A stretch of 64,000 nt of DNA from Salpingoeca rosetta (taxonomy: Eukaryota; Protista; Choanoflagellata). The position numbers and the translations under genes are program-made. Of the stretch, positions 32,955 through 46,538 are shown piece by piece (position 1 is the first letter of the stretch; the number at the start of each line of letters is the position of its first letter). The stretch lies in contig JAWQFM010000012.1 of the NCBI GenBank assembly GCA_033442325.1, forward strand, positions 755,526 to 819,525. The letters run 5' to 3'. The notes under the pieces are model-generated. The model was not told where the DNA came from, ran no database searches, and saw only the letters and a list, made by a program, of their open reading frames with translations.

Positions 32955-33494
32955 CTCGCCTTCACAGCATGCACGCACACACACACACATACACACACCA
33001 CGCATCCAGGGTGGTGTCGTGTCTTGGCTGCACTCCTGTGCGTTCATTCCATCCATCGCCCTTTTCGCACCACTCTTTCCGGCTGTTGCGCGCGCTCATT
33101 GGTCTTCTTCCATCGCTTCCGTTATGCCTCCACCCATTTTTTTCGTTTTTGTCACGAAGCACACATTCAAGCAGTCAAACGCACCCCTCGACCACGTTTC
33201 TGGCTCTATCACAGGTTCTTCGTCCTCAGTCCTTGCGTGGTTGCCTCTTTCTTGCTTTCTGTGACTCATGTGTAAGACATAAACACAGCTCCAAAGAAGG
33301 GTTGAATAAGAGTGACACGAAGCAAAACATCAGCTCGCTCCCCAGCCAATATGAACACACATGCACGCAATCGAGGACAGGCAACCCCCAACAAAATATC
33401 AGTCATGTAGCTCAAATCAAGAAACCCGAATCATGAACTCAATCACTCTACCCCTCTCACGTATGACTCACGCAAACACACACACAAACACACA

Positions 33495-33537
<43 letters not shown>

Positions 33538-33543
33538 GCGTTA

Positions 33544-36500
33544 CTAAAATTGCTGGCGCTCCATCAAATCGCGGAGTTTCGCCAACCGCTCCAGCGCATT
33601 TGCCGTCAACTTCGGCTTTGCTTGGCGTCCCAGACTACGCGACGCCCCACCGTCACCATCACCATCACCATCACCGTCACGATGGCCGTTGGCGCCAACG
33701 ATGCCATCATCACCACTTGTGTGCACGTCCCCCTGCAGTTCGCGTCGCCTCTGTCGTCGCCGCTCCAGCTCTTCGCGCCGCTGCATTCGCGCCCGCCGCC
33801 GGTCCGCAATCACCCGCTCAAGCGACTCCTGCGCATCGTGCTCCCATGTGTTCGCAAGCACAGGCGTGCGCCACATCGGCGTCCTTGCACCACCGCCGCC
33901 ACCGCGAGTGCCATGCGTCGTGCTGGTTCTTGGGCGCTCCCTGTCCTCAGGGCGCCTCGGCATGTCACCTGCGCCGGCAAGTGTATGATCGTCATCTGTC
34001 TCTGGCATTTCAGAGATGGGTGCCTGCACGGCAATCGTGGCGCGTCGCGAGCGCGGTGAAAATGGGCGCAATTGCACATCTGACGCAGTCTTTCGAAGTG
34101 CGCGGGGCCGTTTCGTTGGCGTGGACATGGACGACCGCCGCAATTGCTCGAAGAACACTTGGTCAGGCTGCACCTCCGAGGGCAACGGGTCAAGCGGTTC
34201 AATGCTCCGCGAAAACAAATCATCGGTGCGCAGCGAGTAGCGCCACTGCCGCCGCCGGTGCTGGTGCTGGTGCTCCTGCTGCTCCCGAACCCTCATGTCA
34301 AGTGACGCGCGCCGGCTTGGCCGAGGACTCTCCGCCTGGTCAGACATGATCGACGTGTTGTACTGCGGCTCCGGTACGCGTGTGGACGTGTTCCATCGCT
34401 CGCGCTGCTGCTGCCGCTGCCGCTGCCGCTGTGGCGTGGCGTCATCTCTGAACTGGAACCGCTGCAACACTTCGAACAGCGGCTCCTCCGTCATGGGCGC
34501 AAAGCCAACGTTCGACGGTTGTCGCGAAAGCGGGCGAGATCGTGCGCTCTTGAGCGACTTCCCAAAGTTGGCGCCAGCGTAGTCCCAGAAGAAGTCTCGC
34601 TCCGCAAAGCTGGCGTGCAGTGAGGGCGACGGTGTGTGCGGCGGTGGCGCAGTGCCGGCCATCGCCGACGCACTTCGTACAGGCGTTGTGCTGCCACGTC
34701 GACTATCAGGAGTCGACACATCCCGGAACGAGTGCGTCGATGCGTGGCGCAGCAGCGGTCTCGTGTCGACAGCGGGTGGCGGCGAGGGCACTCGACCAAC
34801 GCTGAACCGCGGACGACGATCAGCACCAGCAGCGGCAGCGGGCTCTTCAGGGCGGTATTCAATCGTGCTCGGGTGTTGGGGCAGTGGCTCCAATACACGC
34901 GGTGAGGCAGACCGAACAACACGCGTGGACGGGTTCCAGTTGTCCTTGAAGCCAATCCGCTCAAGCTCACGAAACACAACTTCGTCGGGTGTCAGGGTCG
35001 TGTCAATGTCCAACGGTTTGATGGCGTCATGGGCATTCAACGCGGGTCGCCACACGGCATCCGCCTCATCTCGGAATCGGTGCAGCGCTGGGGCGCCGTA
35101 AGGAGTGGTGTCGAGAGGTGGCACGTGGGTCGCGTTGTACGTGCCGGCATGGAAGGGTTGTGACGCGGGCCGAAACTCGAATGGAGTGTCGTGAAGTAGA
35201 GGAATCGCATCAAGCCACAATGTGTCATTGTGCGTCACAGAGCCAGCAGCAAACGCGCCGGCTGACACGGGACGAAATTCATGGGAGGACCACGATGACG
35301 CAAGAGGTTCAGTGTCACGGCAAACAGGTTCAAGAGGAGTCGTTGACGAAATCCATCGTTGAGAGCTAGAAAGACCAAGAGGAAGCGGGCGGAACGAATG
35401 AGTAAAAACAGAAGAAGCTGCACCGCTGTAGTCTGGAGAAAATCTGTGCAATGAAGTCCCACTGAAACGCATGGGAGGAGTGCCGGAGGGAAAATGATCA
35501 CGAAAGTGATGATGGGACAGTGGAAGACCAATAGGAACGGTGTCGTAATCCAATCCAGCCATCGCGCTCTGGCCCGCATTCACACGCTTCCAGTCATCGC
35601 TCGCATCAACAGCCTCAAGACCGCGGTGGTCATGGTGATGCGCGCTCTGCCCAGCACGCGTCGTGTCAACCCCGAGCCCAGCCATCGCGCTCTGGCCCGC
35701 ATTCACACGCTTCCAGTCATCGCTCGCATCAACAGCCTCAAGACCGCGGTGGTCATGGTNNNNNNNNNNNNNNNNNNNNNNNNNNNNNNNNNNNNNNNNN
35801 NNNNNNNNNNNNNNNNNNNNNNNNNNNNNNNNNNNNNNNNNNNNNNNNNNNNNNNNNNNNNNNNNNNNNNNNNNNNNNNNNNNNNNNNNNNNNNNNNNNN
35901 NNNNNNNNNNNNNNNNNNNNNNNNNNNNNNNNNNNNNNNNNNNNNNNNNNNNNNNNNNNNNNNNNNNNNNNNNNNNNNNNNNNNNNNNNNNNNNNNNNNN
36001 NNNNNNNNNNNNNNNNNNNNNNNNNNNNNNNNNNNNNNNNNNNNNNNNNNNNNNNNNNNNNNNNNNNNNNNNNNNNNNNNNNNNNNNNNNNNNNNNNNNN
36101 NNNNNNNNNNNNNNNNNNNNNNNNNNNNNNNNNNNNNNNNNNNNNNNNNNNNNNNNNNNNNNNNNNNNNNNNNNNNNNNNNNNNNNNNNNNNNNNNNNNN
36201 NNNNNNNNNNNNNNNNNNNNNNNNNNNNNNNNNNNNNNNNNNNNNCGTGGTCGTGTACACTCTGCCCAGCACGCGTCGTGTCAACCCCGAGCCCAGCCAT
36301 CGCGCTCTGGCCCGCATTCACACGCTTCCAGTCATCATCCATGTGCTCAAGCCCGCGGTGGTCGTGCTCGTGTACACTCTGCCCAGCACGCGTCGTGTCA
36401 ACCCCGAGCCCAGCCATCGCGCTCTGGCCCGCATTCACACGCTTCCAGTCATCATCCATGTGCTCAAGCCCGCCGTGGTCGTGCTCGTGTACACTCTGCC

Positions 36501-37183
36501 CAGCACGCGTCGTGTCAACCCCGAGCCCAGCCATCGCGCTCTGGCCCGCATTCACACGCTTCCAGTCATCATCCATGTGCTCAAGCCCGCGGTGGTCGTG
36601 CTCGTGTACACTCTGCCCAGCACGCGTCGTGTCAACCCCGAGCCCAGCCATCGCGCTCTGGCCCGCATTCACACGCTTCCAGTCATCATCCATGTGCTCA
36701 AGCCCGCGGTGGTCGTGCTCGTGTACACTCTGCCCAGCACGCGTCGTGTCAACTCCGAGCCCAGCCATCGCGCTCTGGCCCGCATTCACACGCTTCCAGT
36801 CATCCCCGTCTTCCCCAAAGATATCCCGGAATCGATGTTGGTCCACATGCCTCTCCGTTCCAGTTGTGTCGAGCCACCTGCTGAAATCGGTGATGGTTGC
36901 ATGTGTGTCGTGCTTCCACGGGCTGTCCTCATGAGTATCAACTTCTCTGAACTTGGTCTGCTGCGGCCCCACAGGCGTTGTGTCTGGTCTTACTTGTTTC
37001 AGGGCTGTATACGCCTTTGGTACGCGCCTCCAATCGTCGCTGACGTGCAGCTGTGCTAGGCCCCGAAAATCGAGGTTGCGGTACACGCTCACTGGCACAA
37101 TTTCATTCCGAAACTCGTCCACCCAATAATAGTCATGTGCCAGTGCTTCGTCCGCAGTGCTTAAGTATCGAAGGCCCGCCATT
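33544..37183 (-). CDS. Intronless ~1200-aa tandem-repeat protein (39-41 aa units), unknown function; spans the assembly gap
   Basis: Long open frame from ATG 37183 (MAGLRYLSTA) to stop 33544 with no microsatellites; near-perfect repeats DDWKRVNAGQSAMAGLGVDTTRAGQSVHEHDHRGL. Confidence 0.8.
35550..36805 (-). repeat. Coding tandem repeat: 117-bp units right of the gap, 123-bp units left of it
   Basis: ccatcgcgctctggcccgcattcacacgcttccagtcatc recurs at 117-bp spacing from about 36296 to 36764 and at 123-bp spacing at about 35559 and 35682. Confidence 0.95.
35760..36245. other. Assembly gap (486 N) inside the tandem repeat
   Basis: Run of n. Confidence 1.
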
Positions 37184-37595
37184 CTGTCTTTGCTATCGCA
37201 GTTGCTGGTGCTGCTCGCTGTTGAGGTGCTTCGGTTGCTGCGCTGTCCGCTTGGCCTTGTCAACCGAGGTTGAGGCGATTCCCCACAAGCCGCGTCACCG
37301 GCACCAACAAGATACAAGCAACAATGGGCACCCGCTGCCTCGTCAACAATGATACCAAGAAGCCCTCAAGATAACTTGGGCCCGTCGTGTGAGGAAGAAG
37401 CAAGGGGCACGACGCTGGCGTGTCAGGAGCTGGTGTGGCGTTGTTGCTTGCACGTTGGGCTGGGTGGGGGTGCTTTGCCACAACACACAACAAACAAACA
37501 GGACGCGAAAGCAGCGGCGGTTGATGTCTATTCTTATGTAAATCTTCCGAAAATACTCCACAATGCTGGCGTGTGTGTGTGTGTGTGGGGGGTGT

Positions 37596-37644
<49 letters not shown>

Positions 37645-37759
37645 GTGTGTGTGTGTGTCTGTGTGTGTGTGTGTGTGTTGTGGTGTGGTGTGGTGTGGTG
37701 TGGTGTCCTCTGCGTGTGTGCATTGGTGACCATCACATCAAGGGCAGCACATCACTGGA

Positions 37760-37901
37760 TCAAACAGGCATGACATCAATTTGCAAGGAAGCGACGCGGT
37801 CAGGAGCAAGGTGGATGTTGGCATAGTGGAGGCCATGCTTCGTGATTGGGTTGACAATTTCGATCCGTTCCTTGGGAACCTCAAGCCACAACTGCAAACA
37901 G

Positions 37902-37945
<44 letters not shown>

Positions 37946-39432
37946 CGTTGTGAGTTGTGTGATTGCATGAGCGGGTGACTGAGCTGAGGCAGCCATCCTG
38001 AACAGCCCTGTGAGCGTCCCCCTTCTTCACATGACGGGTATCAGTGTGGATGAGATTTGGCTCAACCCTACACCTTACTCTTCGGTTCCCATACATTCGC
38101 AGACGCATACCACCACGCACGCACACAGACACACGTAGTTTGTACCTGGTGTTTGCAAGCAACACTGATGGCGTCAGGCGTGACTTCGAATGTTTTGGAC
38201 TTGTTGCGGTGCAGCTCGACCAACTTCTTGTTGATGTGCCGCTCAATCTGTCGTCACGCAGCGCACACGAGCGTGGTGGGGCAGTGAGTGGCGAGAGGGT
38301 TGGGGAGTGGTGGTGCAAGGGGCAGGAAGTATGTTGCGCGCGCATGAGAGTTGCGTTCTGCTGTTCGCTGCACATGAACAGGTTTTTGTTACACCGAGAA
38401 CCAGCAAATGCACACCCGCACAACCACAGACGCGCGTGAACCAACAGCTTGCCCTCGTGCACGCACACACGCATACACAATCACACACAGCGCTGTGGTA
38501 GCTTCACCTTTGCCATTTTGGCAACCTCATCAGGCACCAGTGCCTGCATCTCTGCGGCAGACTTGGCTTCCTGTTGTGGGGCGATGGTGGGTGAGAGACG
38601 TGACACAGTGTGAGTGGCGGCAATGTATGTGCCAGTGGTTCGAGCAACACTTGCCGCGTGACTGCATGAAGTGCGCAGGCAGGGAAGTGAAGCGAAGGCG
38701 CAACAACATGTGCAGTCGACGGCAGGATGTGGGGTGCCGGCTTACTGGGTTGACAAAGGCTCGTGTGTCCCTGTTCAAGTAGAGTGCCTTTCCTTGTGGA
38801 ATGAGAAAGTTACGGCCGTATCCGCGCTTCACTTCTGTGACGGCTCCCTTCTCCCCCAAGCCTATTCACAGCATAACAAGGTTGATTGTGTTGATTGTGC
38901 GTGTGTGTGTGTGCGCGCGCGCGAGTCCATGTGATTGTGGGTCGCGTGTACACGTGTGCAGAGGCATAAGTGCGTGTGGATGTGTGCGTGTGCGTGAGGT
39001 ATGAGAGATGAAGAGTAAAGCTACAGGTGTGATGGTTGCCCATGTAAGCAGTGCAACTGACTTGGAATGTTTTCCAGGAGCACAATCTTCATGAGTGGAT
39101 TCCTGTTGGGCTTGCGCAGCCGCTTGGTTGACATGGACCTGATAGCTGTCCACATCTGTTCACCCATGCAAAGGAGATTGACGCACACACATGCACGGTG
39201 TGTATGTATGTATGTGTGTGTGTGTGTGTGTGTGTGTTGTGTGTGTGTGTGTGAGCACGTGAGCGTATGCAAGTTGCCATTGCTGGCGCAGTTTGAACTT
39301 TTGGCATCTTCAAGCATCAAACGAGCACAAGAAGCGAGACAATGAGTGAGCAAAAGAAGCGAGGCAGTGGGTGAGCCAGCTTTGCTTGTGTGCCCTGCGG
39401 CACCCACGCACCCCTCTTGCCGTGCTCGCCAT
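37760..39432 (-). CDS. MRPL9: Mitochondrial ribosomal protein L9 (bL9m)
   Basis: MKIVLLENIP-SLGEKGAVTEVKRGYGRNFLIPQGKALY is the L9 N-terminal signature; preceded by a basic presequence-like segment; C-terminal domain ends LQIDVMPV*; 5' exons less certain. Confidence 0.9.
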
Positions 39433-39697
39433 GGTGTGTGCGTGGTGCAGTGCAGTCGGCGTGCTCCAAACAGCAGCAGCAGCGGAAAAGGAAGAAGAGA
39501 AAGAAAAAAGAAGAGAAAACGCACACACACACACAAACGCGCACACACACACACACAAACGCACAGAACAACGCGACTTGCTCCTCCCCAACGACGACCA
39601 TCATCCGCAACACGACTTTGAGCCTGGTGTTGATCGGACAGCAGCGCTAAGCAGGCAACACAGCAGGCGCCATCGTCCCAGCTGCTGCACTGTAGTG

Positions 39698-40570
39698 ATG
39701 GGTTGGCGACGTGTGTGTGTGAGCGCCGTCGTTGCAGCAGCAGTCACTGCGTTGTTGTGCGCGTGCGTCTCAGAAGCAGCACCGCAGGATCTTCAGCATG
39801 GAGATGAGGGTAGGATCGGAACGCAGGCGGCGATGGACTTTGAACAGACTGCAGGCAATGAGAGACAAGCCATTTGGCAGGTGGTGTCCAGGCACTTGGA
39901 TGACTTCCATCTCCTCTCGCGCGCTGACGTCGTCGTGTCTTCAGCCACGCCAGCGCAACCAGGGATGACACCCACGCACACACTCACGTTCGAAGTCAAG
40001 CAGGTACGCTCCTGCGGTGGGTGGGCGCATCCCCTGGTCGAGCGAGAGTGGATAATGGAGAGGGGTTGCGGAGGCGGGCATGGTGACTTCACTACATCGT
40101 CTGTCTGTATGTCTGTGACATACCTCGTGCTCCCATCTTTACGCCATGATCATGAACGAAGCATTCCATACACACACACATGCACATCCATGCCGCCGAT
40201 CGTGCTCATGTTTGCATTTCCTCTGCTCTGCTTGCAACCAGGGTGTGCCCATGACGGTAGCGCTATCCCCTAACACGGCCCTCTTCAACCATGGCACTCG
40301 CGTCTTGTCCGTGAGCCAAGCGGGTGTGCGCGAAGTTGCCCACAGCATCCACACCTCGTTTTGGACAGGTCAGCAATGCTGAGTGCCTGTGTATGTGTGT
40401 GTAGGTGTGGGTGGGTATGTGTGTGTGTGTGTGTGTGGATATGTGGGTGCATGTGTACATGTGGATGTGTGTGTGTGTGTGTGCATGTGTGTGTGTGCGC
40501 GTGTGTGTACGGTTGTATCTGCGCGAGAACCAGCGCCAACATCGCCCCACTCATGAGTCGATCGCGAACA

Positions 40571-40601
<31 letters not shown>

Positions 40602-41548
40602 CGCAGACGGGCAGGGCGCCCGGTTTCGGATCGAGGATGGCATTGTCCTGAGTGGCAGTTTCGCGCGCAACGACACCAGATACACGCTGGATTCCGTGCA
40701 CGCCATGTTGCACTGGACGGAGCTCCCCACCGTGGAGCAGGCGCTGTTTGGCGCGAACGAGGCCATATTCGCCGACATTGCATCACGGTATCTGGTCGTG
40801 TACCACATGGGCAGCATGCGCTGGCCGCACAACATCTTCTCGAACAACAGCAGGGCGTTCTCTGCGTGTGGCAGCGAACGCCTTCGCCGTGCAGCCGACG
40901 AACTGGCTGCAGCGGCAGAACCAGAAGGACATGAACATGACGCCCATGCATCGTAAGCGCTTCCGCGGCACAAGAGAGAGAGAGAGAGAGACCGTGTGCG
41001 TGTTTTGTGTGCGTGTGTTGTGTGCGTGGGTGTGAGTGAGTGAGTGAGTGAGTGTGTGAGTGAGTGAGTGAGTGAGTGAGTGAGATTGTGTGTGCATATA
41101 CGCTATGAGTACTTGTGTGTTCCCAACCCCCCTCTCACGTGCGAATCCCACCCCACCTGCCATCCATCTCCACCCCCCCCCAATACTGGGCAGGAGCCAG
41201 ACCGCACGTGTCCGGCGCAGTTCTGAGGACAACACGTGCAAGCTGACGCTTGTTGGCGACTACCGCTTCTTTGAGCATCTTGGCAGCAACACGGGTGCAG
41301 CCGTCAACACCATGGTCGAATTCATCACATACGTCGACAGAAAGTACAACAGCACTTGCGTGCGCATGTGTCTCTGAGTCTTTTGTGTGTGGGGGGGGGA
41401 CATGTGTGTGTTTGTGTGTGTGTTTGTTTGTTTGGTTGGTTGTTTGTCGTGCTCAAAAGCGCAGTTGCGTTCGTATGCACCTGCCCGCGTATGTGCCCAC
41501 TGCTTGAGGCCAATGCTCACGTGCATGTGTATATGCGTGCGTGCGTGC

Positions 41549-41618
<70 letters not shown>

Positions 41619-42962
41619 CACAGCTTCCGCATGACCACGTTTGGCCAGTTTGAAGACATTGGGCTCGCTGTATCGGACATTGTCGTGTACGAGGACGCCG
41701 CCTCCGACCCATACTACAAGTATGCACTCTATCTCTCTCTCTCTCTCTTGTGTGTGTGTGTGAATGTGTGAATGTGTGTGTATGTGTGTGTGTGTGTGCG
41801 TGCGTGTGTGGATGTGTGAATGTGTGTGTGAAGCTGAGAGTTGGTGAGGCAGTCAACCTCACGTCATCTTCGTGCAACCACGTTGCGTGTGTTCGTTTGC
41901 AACTGTGTACGGTTCCCCAAGGTCCACACCATGGGACGTGACGGCTCTGCTGCAGAAACTCTCAGAGCGCCCGAACGCGCCGCTGGACTGGTCGTCCGTC
42001 TGCCTGGTTCACCTCTTCACCTACCAAGGTGCAGTCCACATTGCTCCCATGTATCGGCACGGTGTGTGTGTGTGTGTGTGCGACCTGATTTGCTTCATCA
42101 CCGTGCATGTGTGGCACCCACTGTTGAGCACACAACCAACGCGTACGTGACACATCACCACCTCGGGCGTGCTGCAGACTTTGCTGACGGGGTGCAAGGG
42201 CTGGCGTGGGTTGGGAACGAGCGCAACGGAGGCATCTGCGACGGATTCGGACAGACGAAGATGTCGTACCTCAACGCAGGCCTCACCACGGGCATCAACT
42301 GGGGGACGGGGCTGATGAAGCTCGGTAGGCACACGGAGTGGCGATGGGGCGCAGCGGTGGCTGATGCTTGGTGCTTGGTGGCTAATGCTTGGTGCTTGGT
42401 GGTGCTTGGTGTTTGGTGTTTGGTGGCTGGAGTGGAGGTGGGGTGGGGGTGTGATGCGGTCATGTGCGTCCGCTCAACTCACACGCACACGCCACCACTG
42501 GAACGGCCTCTGCTGTGCACAGCGTGGGAGCTGACGGTGCAGCACGAGATTGGACACAACTTTGGCAGTCCACACGATCCCGCCACAGCGCAATGCACGC
42601 CAGAAGGTACAGTCATAGTCCTGATACGCGTACGCGTTTTGTGTGTGTGTGTGTGTGTGTATGTGTGTATGTGTGTGTATGTGTGTGTGCGTTTTGTACG
42701 TCCGTTTGTGTGCGCGTGCGTGTCTTTGTGATGTGTGTGTCTTCAAGCCAACACGTTACGCAATGCTGACTTGACCCAACGCATCGCATCCGACCACACA
42801 CCAATCAACCTGCCGAGCCAGCGAACCACTTTGTGATGAATGCCAACTCTGTTGATGGCACCGCGTCCAACAACGCACGCTTCTCGCCCTGCTCCACTTC
42901 CAGCATTGAGGCCATCATTGCAGTCCGGGTATCACACACGCCCTGCTTGCATGAGTGTGTGT

Positions 42963-42999
<37 letters not shown>

Positions 43000-44174
43000 A
43001 TTCAACCCTGACATGGACACATGTGTGAAGGAGGGAGCGACGGGTTGTTGTGCCCCACGTTGTCAAGTGACTCGCCTCCCCGTGCCATACATGTGTTCTT
43101 GCACGCACAATGCTGTCATGATCAGGGCACGTGCTTCGCCCCAACGCCGGCCAACATCTGCGGAAATGGAATCCTCGAGCCAGCAGGAGCCGACGACCAA
43201 GAAGGTGTGTGTGTGCGTGTGTGTGTGTGCATGTGTGTGTGTCTACCTCTGTGTCTGTGTGTGTGTGTCTGTGTGTGTCTGTGTCTGTATCTCTGTATCT
43301 CTGTGTCTGTGTGCTTTGTCATGCTTTGCACTTTGCTTCCTTGCAAGGACATCACTCTATCATCACCAGCAAACCTGCTCCACGCACTTTGCTCACCAAA
43401 TCGCGACATCACCACCACCATCGCCGCCACCGCCACTGTCAGGGACGAGCGACGACGAGGAGTGCGACGAGGGATACAGCGGCGGGTCCTGCTGCACTTC
43501 AACCTGCAAACTCCGCGTACGATCAAATGTCACCCTTGCCAGCACTGCCCTTGTAGTCTTGTTCGTTTGTTCGCTTGCTTGTTTGTTTGTTCGTTTGTGC
43601 ATATTTGTGTGCGCACATGTCCACGCGATGACATGAAGTTCCACAGCACAAACACACACACACACACACACCCGCTGTTGCCATAACGCTGTTTCGTGCA
43701 CGTGTGTGTCCGATCACGCGATCATGCCATCGCCTCGAATCAGTCTGGCGCAAGCTGCAGCGGCACCAACTTTGAGTGCTGTGAGGATTGCCAGGCCGCC
43801 CCCAACAAACTGGTGTGTGTTAGAGGAAGGGCGTTCGTCGTGGTGGTGGAGGTGCACATGACTGGTATTGGTTCTCTGGTGCTGTGCCATTGCGTCGCAG
43901 CTCTATGGCCACTTGGATTGCTCACCCTGTGCACACACACACACACACACACGCATGCAACCGCACACGTACTCAATTTCGCACCCACTGTCGCACTCCC
44001 ACACACTCACTCGCACTCACTCTCGCACCCACACACTCACTCACACTCACGTACTCGCTGGTGTATGTTCACAATGGCAGTGTTTCAAGTCGTTTGCCTT
44101 TGACATCAAGTGCCGCGCGGATACGCACTGCAAAGCAAACTCGTACACATGTCCAGACATCCAACAGGTACTCC

Positions 44175-44272
<98 letters not shown>

Positions 44273-45908
44273 CTACTACCATTGGCCCTGCGTTGGCTGT
44301 GCATGTCACCCCATTAACCGGCCGCGTGTACATGTTCAAACTGTGCGCTTTGTTCGCAATCACAGCAGCATAATTCCGGCACGCTTCCACAACCCTTTAC
44401 AGCATCCACATACCATTCACACACCATCCACACACCACCACCACTCCAAACACATTCCAACGACCACTTCAAACACCATATATGCGCGCGTGCAGAAACC
44501 GACGGGCACGGAGTGTGTCAACCACGGTCAGTGCGTCCCCGCCGCTGATCCAGACAGCCGCTGCCAGCCCTTCTGTGCGGCGTTTGGGGCCGCAACCTGC
44601 CAGTGCGCTGCTGGTTCTGGCGAGGAGTGCTCGCTGTGCTGTGTCAATGATGAAACGGTCACGACGCTCTACTGCCCGCAGGGATACACGTGGAACGCCA
44701 CCACCGCCATCTGCGACAATGATGTGCGCGCTGTGTGTCCGTGTGTGTGTGTGTGTGTGTGTCTGTGTGTGTGTGTGTGTCTGTGTGTGTCTGTGTCTGT
44801 GTGATTTCATACGTGTGAATGAAGTTGCTTGCCAATTTTTCCTGCGTGTCAATCTTGGTTCCACCATGTCTGCAACGACGCTCACAACAGCGCTTTTTCG
44901 ATGTCGTTGCATCTTGTTTCTTGTTGTTGATGTACTTATTGTTTTTTTTCTATGCAGTCGAATCCCTCCGACCACGTGGCGGGATCACGTCCGTTCACAG
45001 ACACATGTACAGCTGCACACGAGGTGACCATCACGCTGCTGATGGTCGTGAGCGTGTGTGTGTGCACATATGCCCCGCACCATCGGTTGCCGCTTTGTTT
45101 GTGCACGTTTGGTTCGATGCACGAATGCGTATGTGCACTTGTTCCCCCTTGCATCATGGCCGCTCAATGTATTCGCCATTCCCCCCCCCCCCCCCTCTTC
45201 GCCACTGCAGGTGCTGTCTGGTGCGCAATACAGTCATCTGCGAACACCAGCGGGCGAAGCTCTCTCCCGTGCTTCTCTCAAGCTCACCCCAGGCTCCGTG
45301 AGTTGCTTTGTTCGCGTCGTTGTCGTCGTCGTCTTGGTGCCGCGTCGCCAGAATCACCACTGACCACCACGTCAATGTCTCTCTCTCTCTCTCTCTCTCG
45401 TATGCTCGTGTGTGCATGGTGTGTGTGTGTGTGTGACCAGGTGTGCCATGGTGGGACGTGTTCGGACGAGGGCACGTGCACAGCGCCACCAGACGACTTT
45501 GCGTCGCGCATCTTCACCTTCTTCTCGTCCCTCACCCTCAACGACATCAAAGGTGTGCGTGCATCGGTGTTGTATTCACAGTGGTGCTGGTGGTGGTTGC
45601 TTCCCTGTGCCTGTGTCTCCGTGTAATCACCCCAAATGCCCAAATGCATGTGCAGCAACGTGCCTTGAGAGGTGTGCCTTCAGAGGACATTCGCATTCCA
45701 CTGACGCTGTTCTTGTCCCCTTTCGGCATCACAACACACACACACACACACACACACACTCGCATGTCCTGTGACCAGAGTGGATGAAGCGAAACATTGT
45801 GCCAACAGTGCTGGTGCTGTCGATTCTCCTCTGGATTCCACTCTCCTGCTGCCTCGCAAAACAGGTCACACCCAATGCACACAAAGGGGAGAGGGGGGAG
45901 ACAGAGGA

Positions 45909-45950
<42 letters not shown>

Positions 45951-46282
45951 TGTGTGTCTGTGTGTCTGTGTGTGTCTGTGTGTGTCTGTGTGTGTGTGCA
46001 GGTGTTGGGGGCACAACAATCGTCGGCACTTCATTCATCACATGCACACACACACACACAACGCTACAAACAAACACGCACACAACACAATTCACGAACG
46101 ATTACAGGACGCGAAGAAGTTGAAGATTCTTGAGGAGCAAGAGGCGAAACTAGAGGACCACCGACAGGAATATGTCGCCACCAAGATGAGGGGCGGGCCC
46201 AGACCAAAGTCTGCATTTCGCCTTAAACAGGACAATTTTGCCGACAACACCCGCAGTCGTGTCGCACCAGGTGAGGGATGGC

Positions 46283-46354
<72 letters not shown>

Positions 46355-46538
46355 ATGTGCCAGAGTTCATGTTGATCGCCTCGTGGTTTTTTCCTTACTC
46401 ACACTCCTCCTCCCCTTACCTCGTCAAATTCTGTGCTCAGCGCCAGTGGACACACCGGACACCATTGGCGTCAATTATTCCCCACAACAGCAGCAGGAGG
46501 CGTGGGCCACGCGGGGAGGTGAGCAGTGCCCCCAGTGA
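39698..46538 (+). CDS. ADAM10/ADAM17-like membrane metalloprotease (signal peptide, prodomain, M12B, disintegrin, Cys-rich, TM, short tail)
   Basis: Signal [27 protein letters not shown]; Cys-switch SACG; furin-type RVRR; [13 protein letters not shown]; [12 protein letters not shown] at 42543-42578; Met-turn FVMNANS; NNARFSPCS; [14 protein letters not shown]; [22 protein letters not shown]; exact stop uncertain. Confidence 0.92.

Noticed and set aside
36246-36805. Regular repeats that could be mistaken for a CRISPR array
   Set aside because: No unique spacers; units are 117 bp in-frame coding repeats in a eukaryotic gene
35494-37059. Long + strand ORFs over the repeat
   Set aside because: Antisense shadows of the repetitive minus-strand gene, inflated by the N-gap
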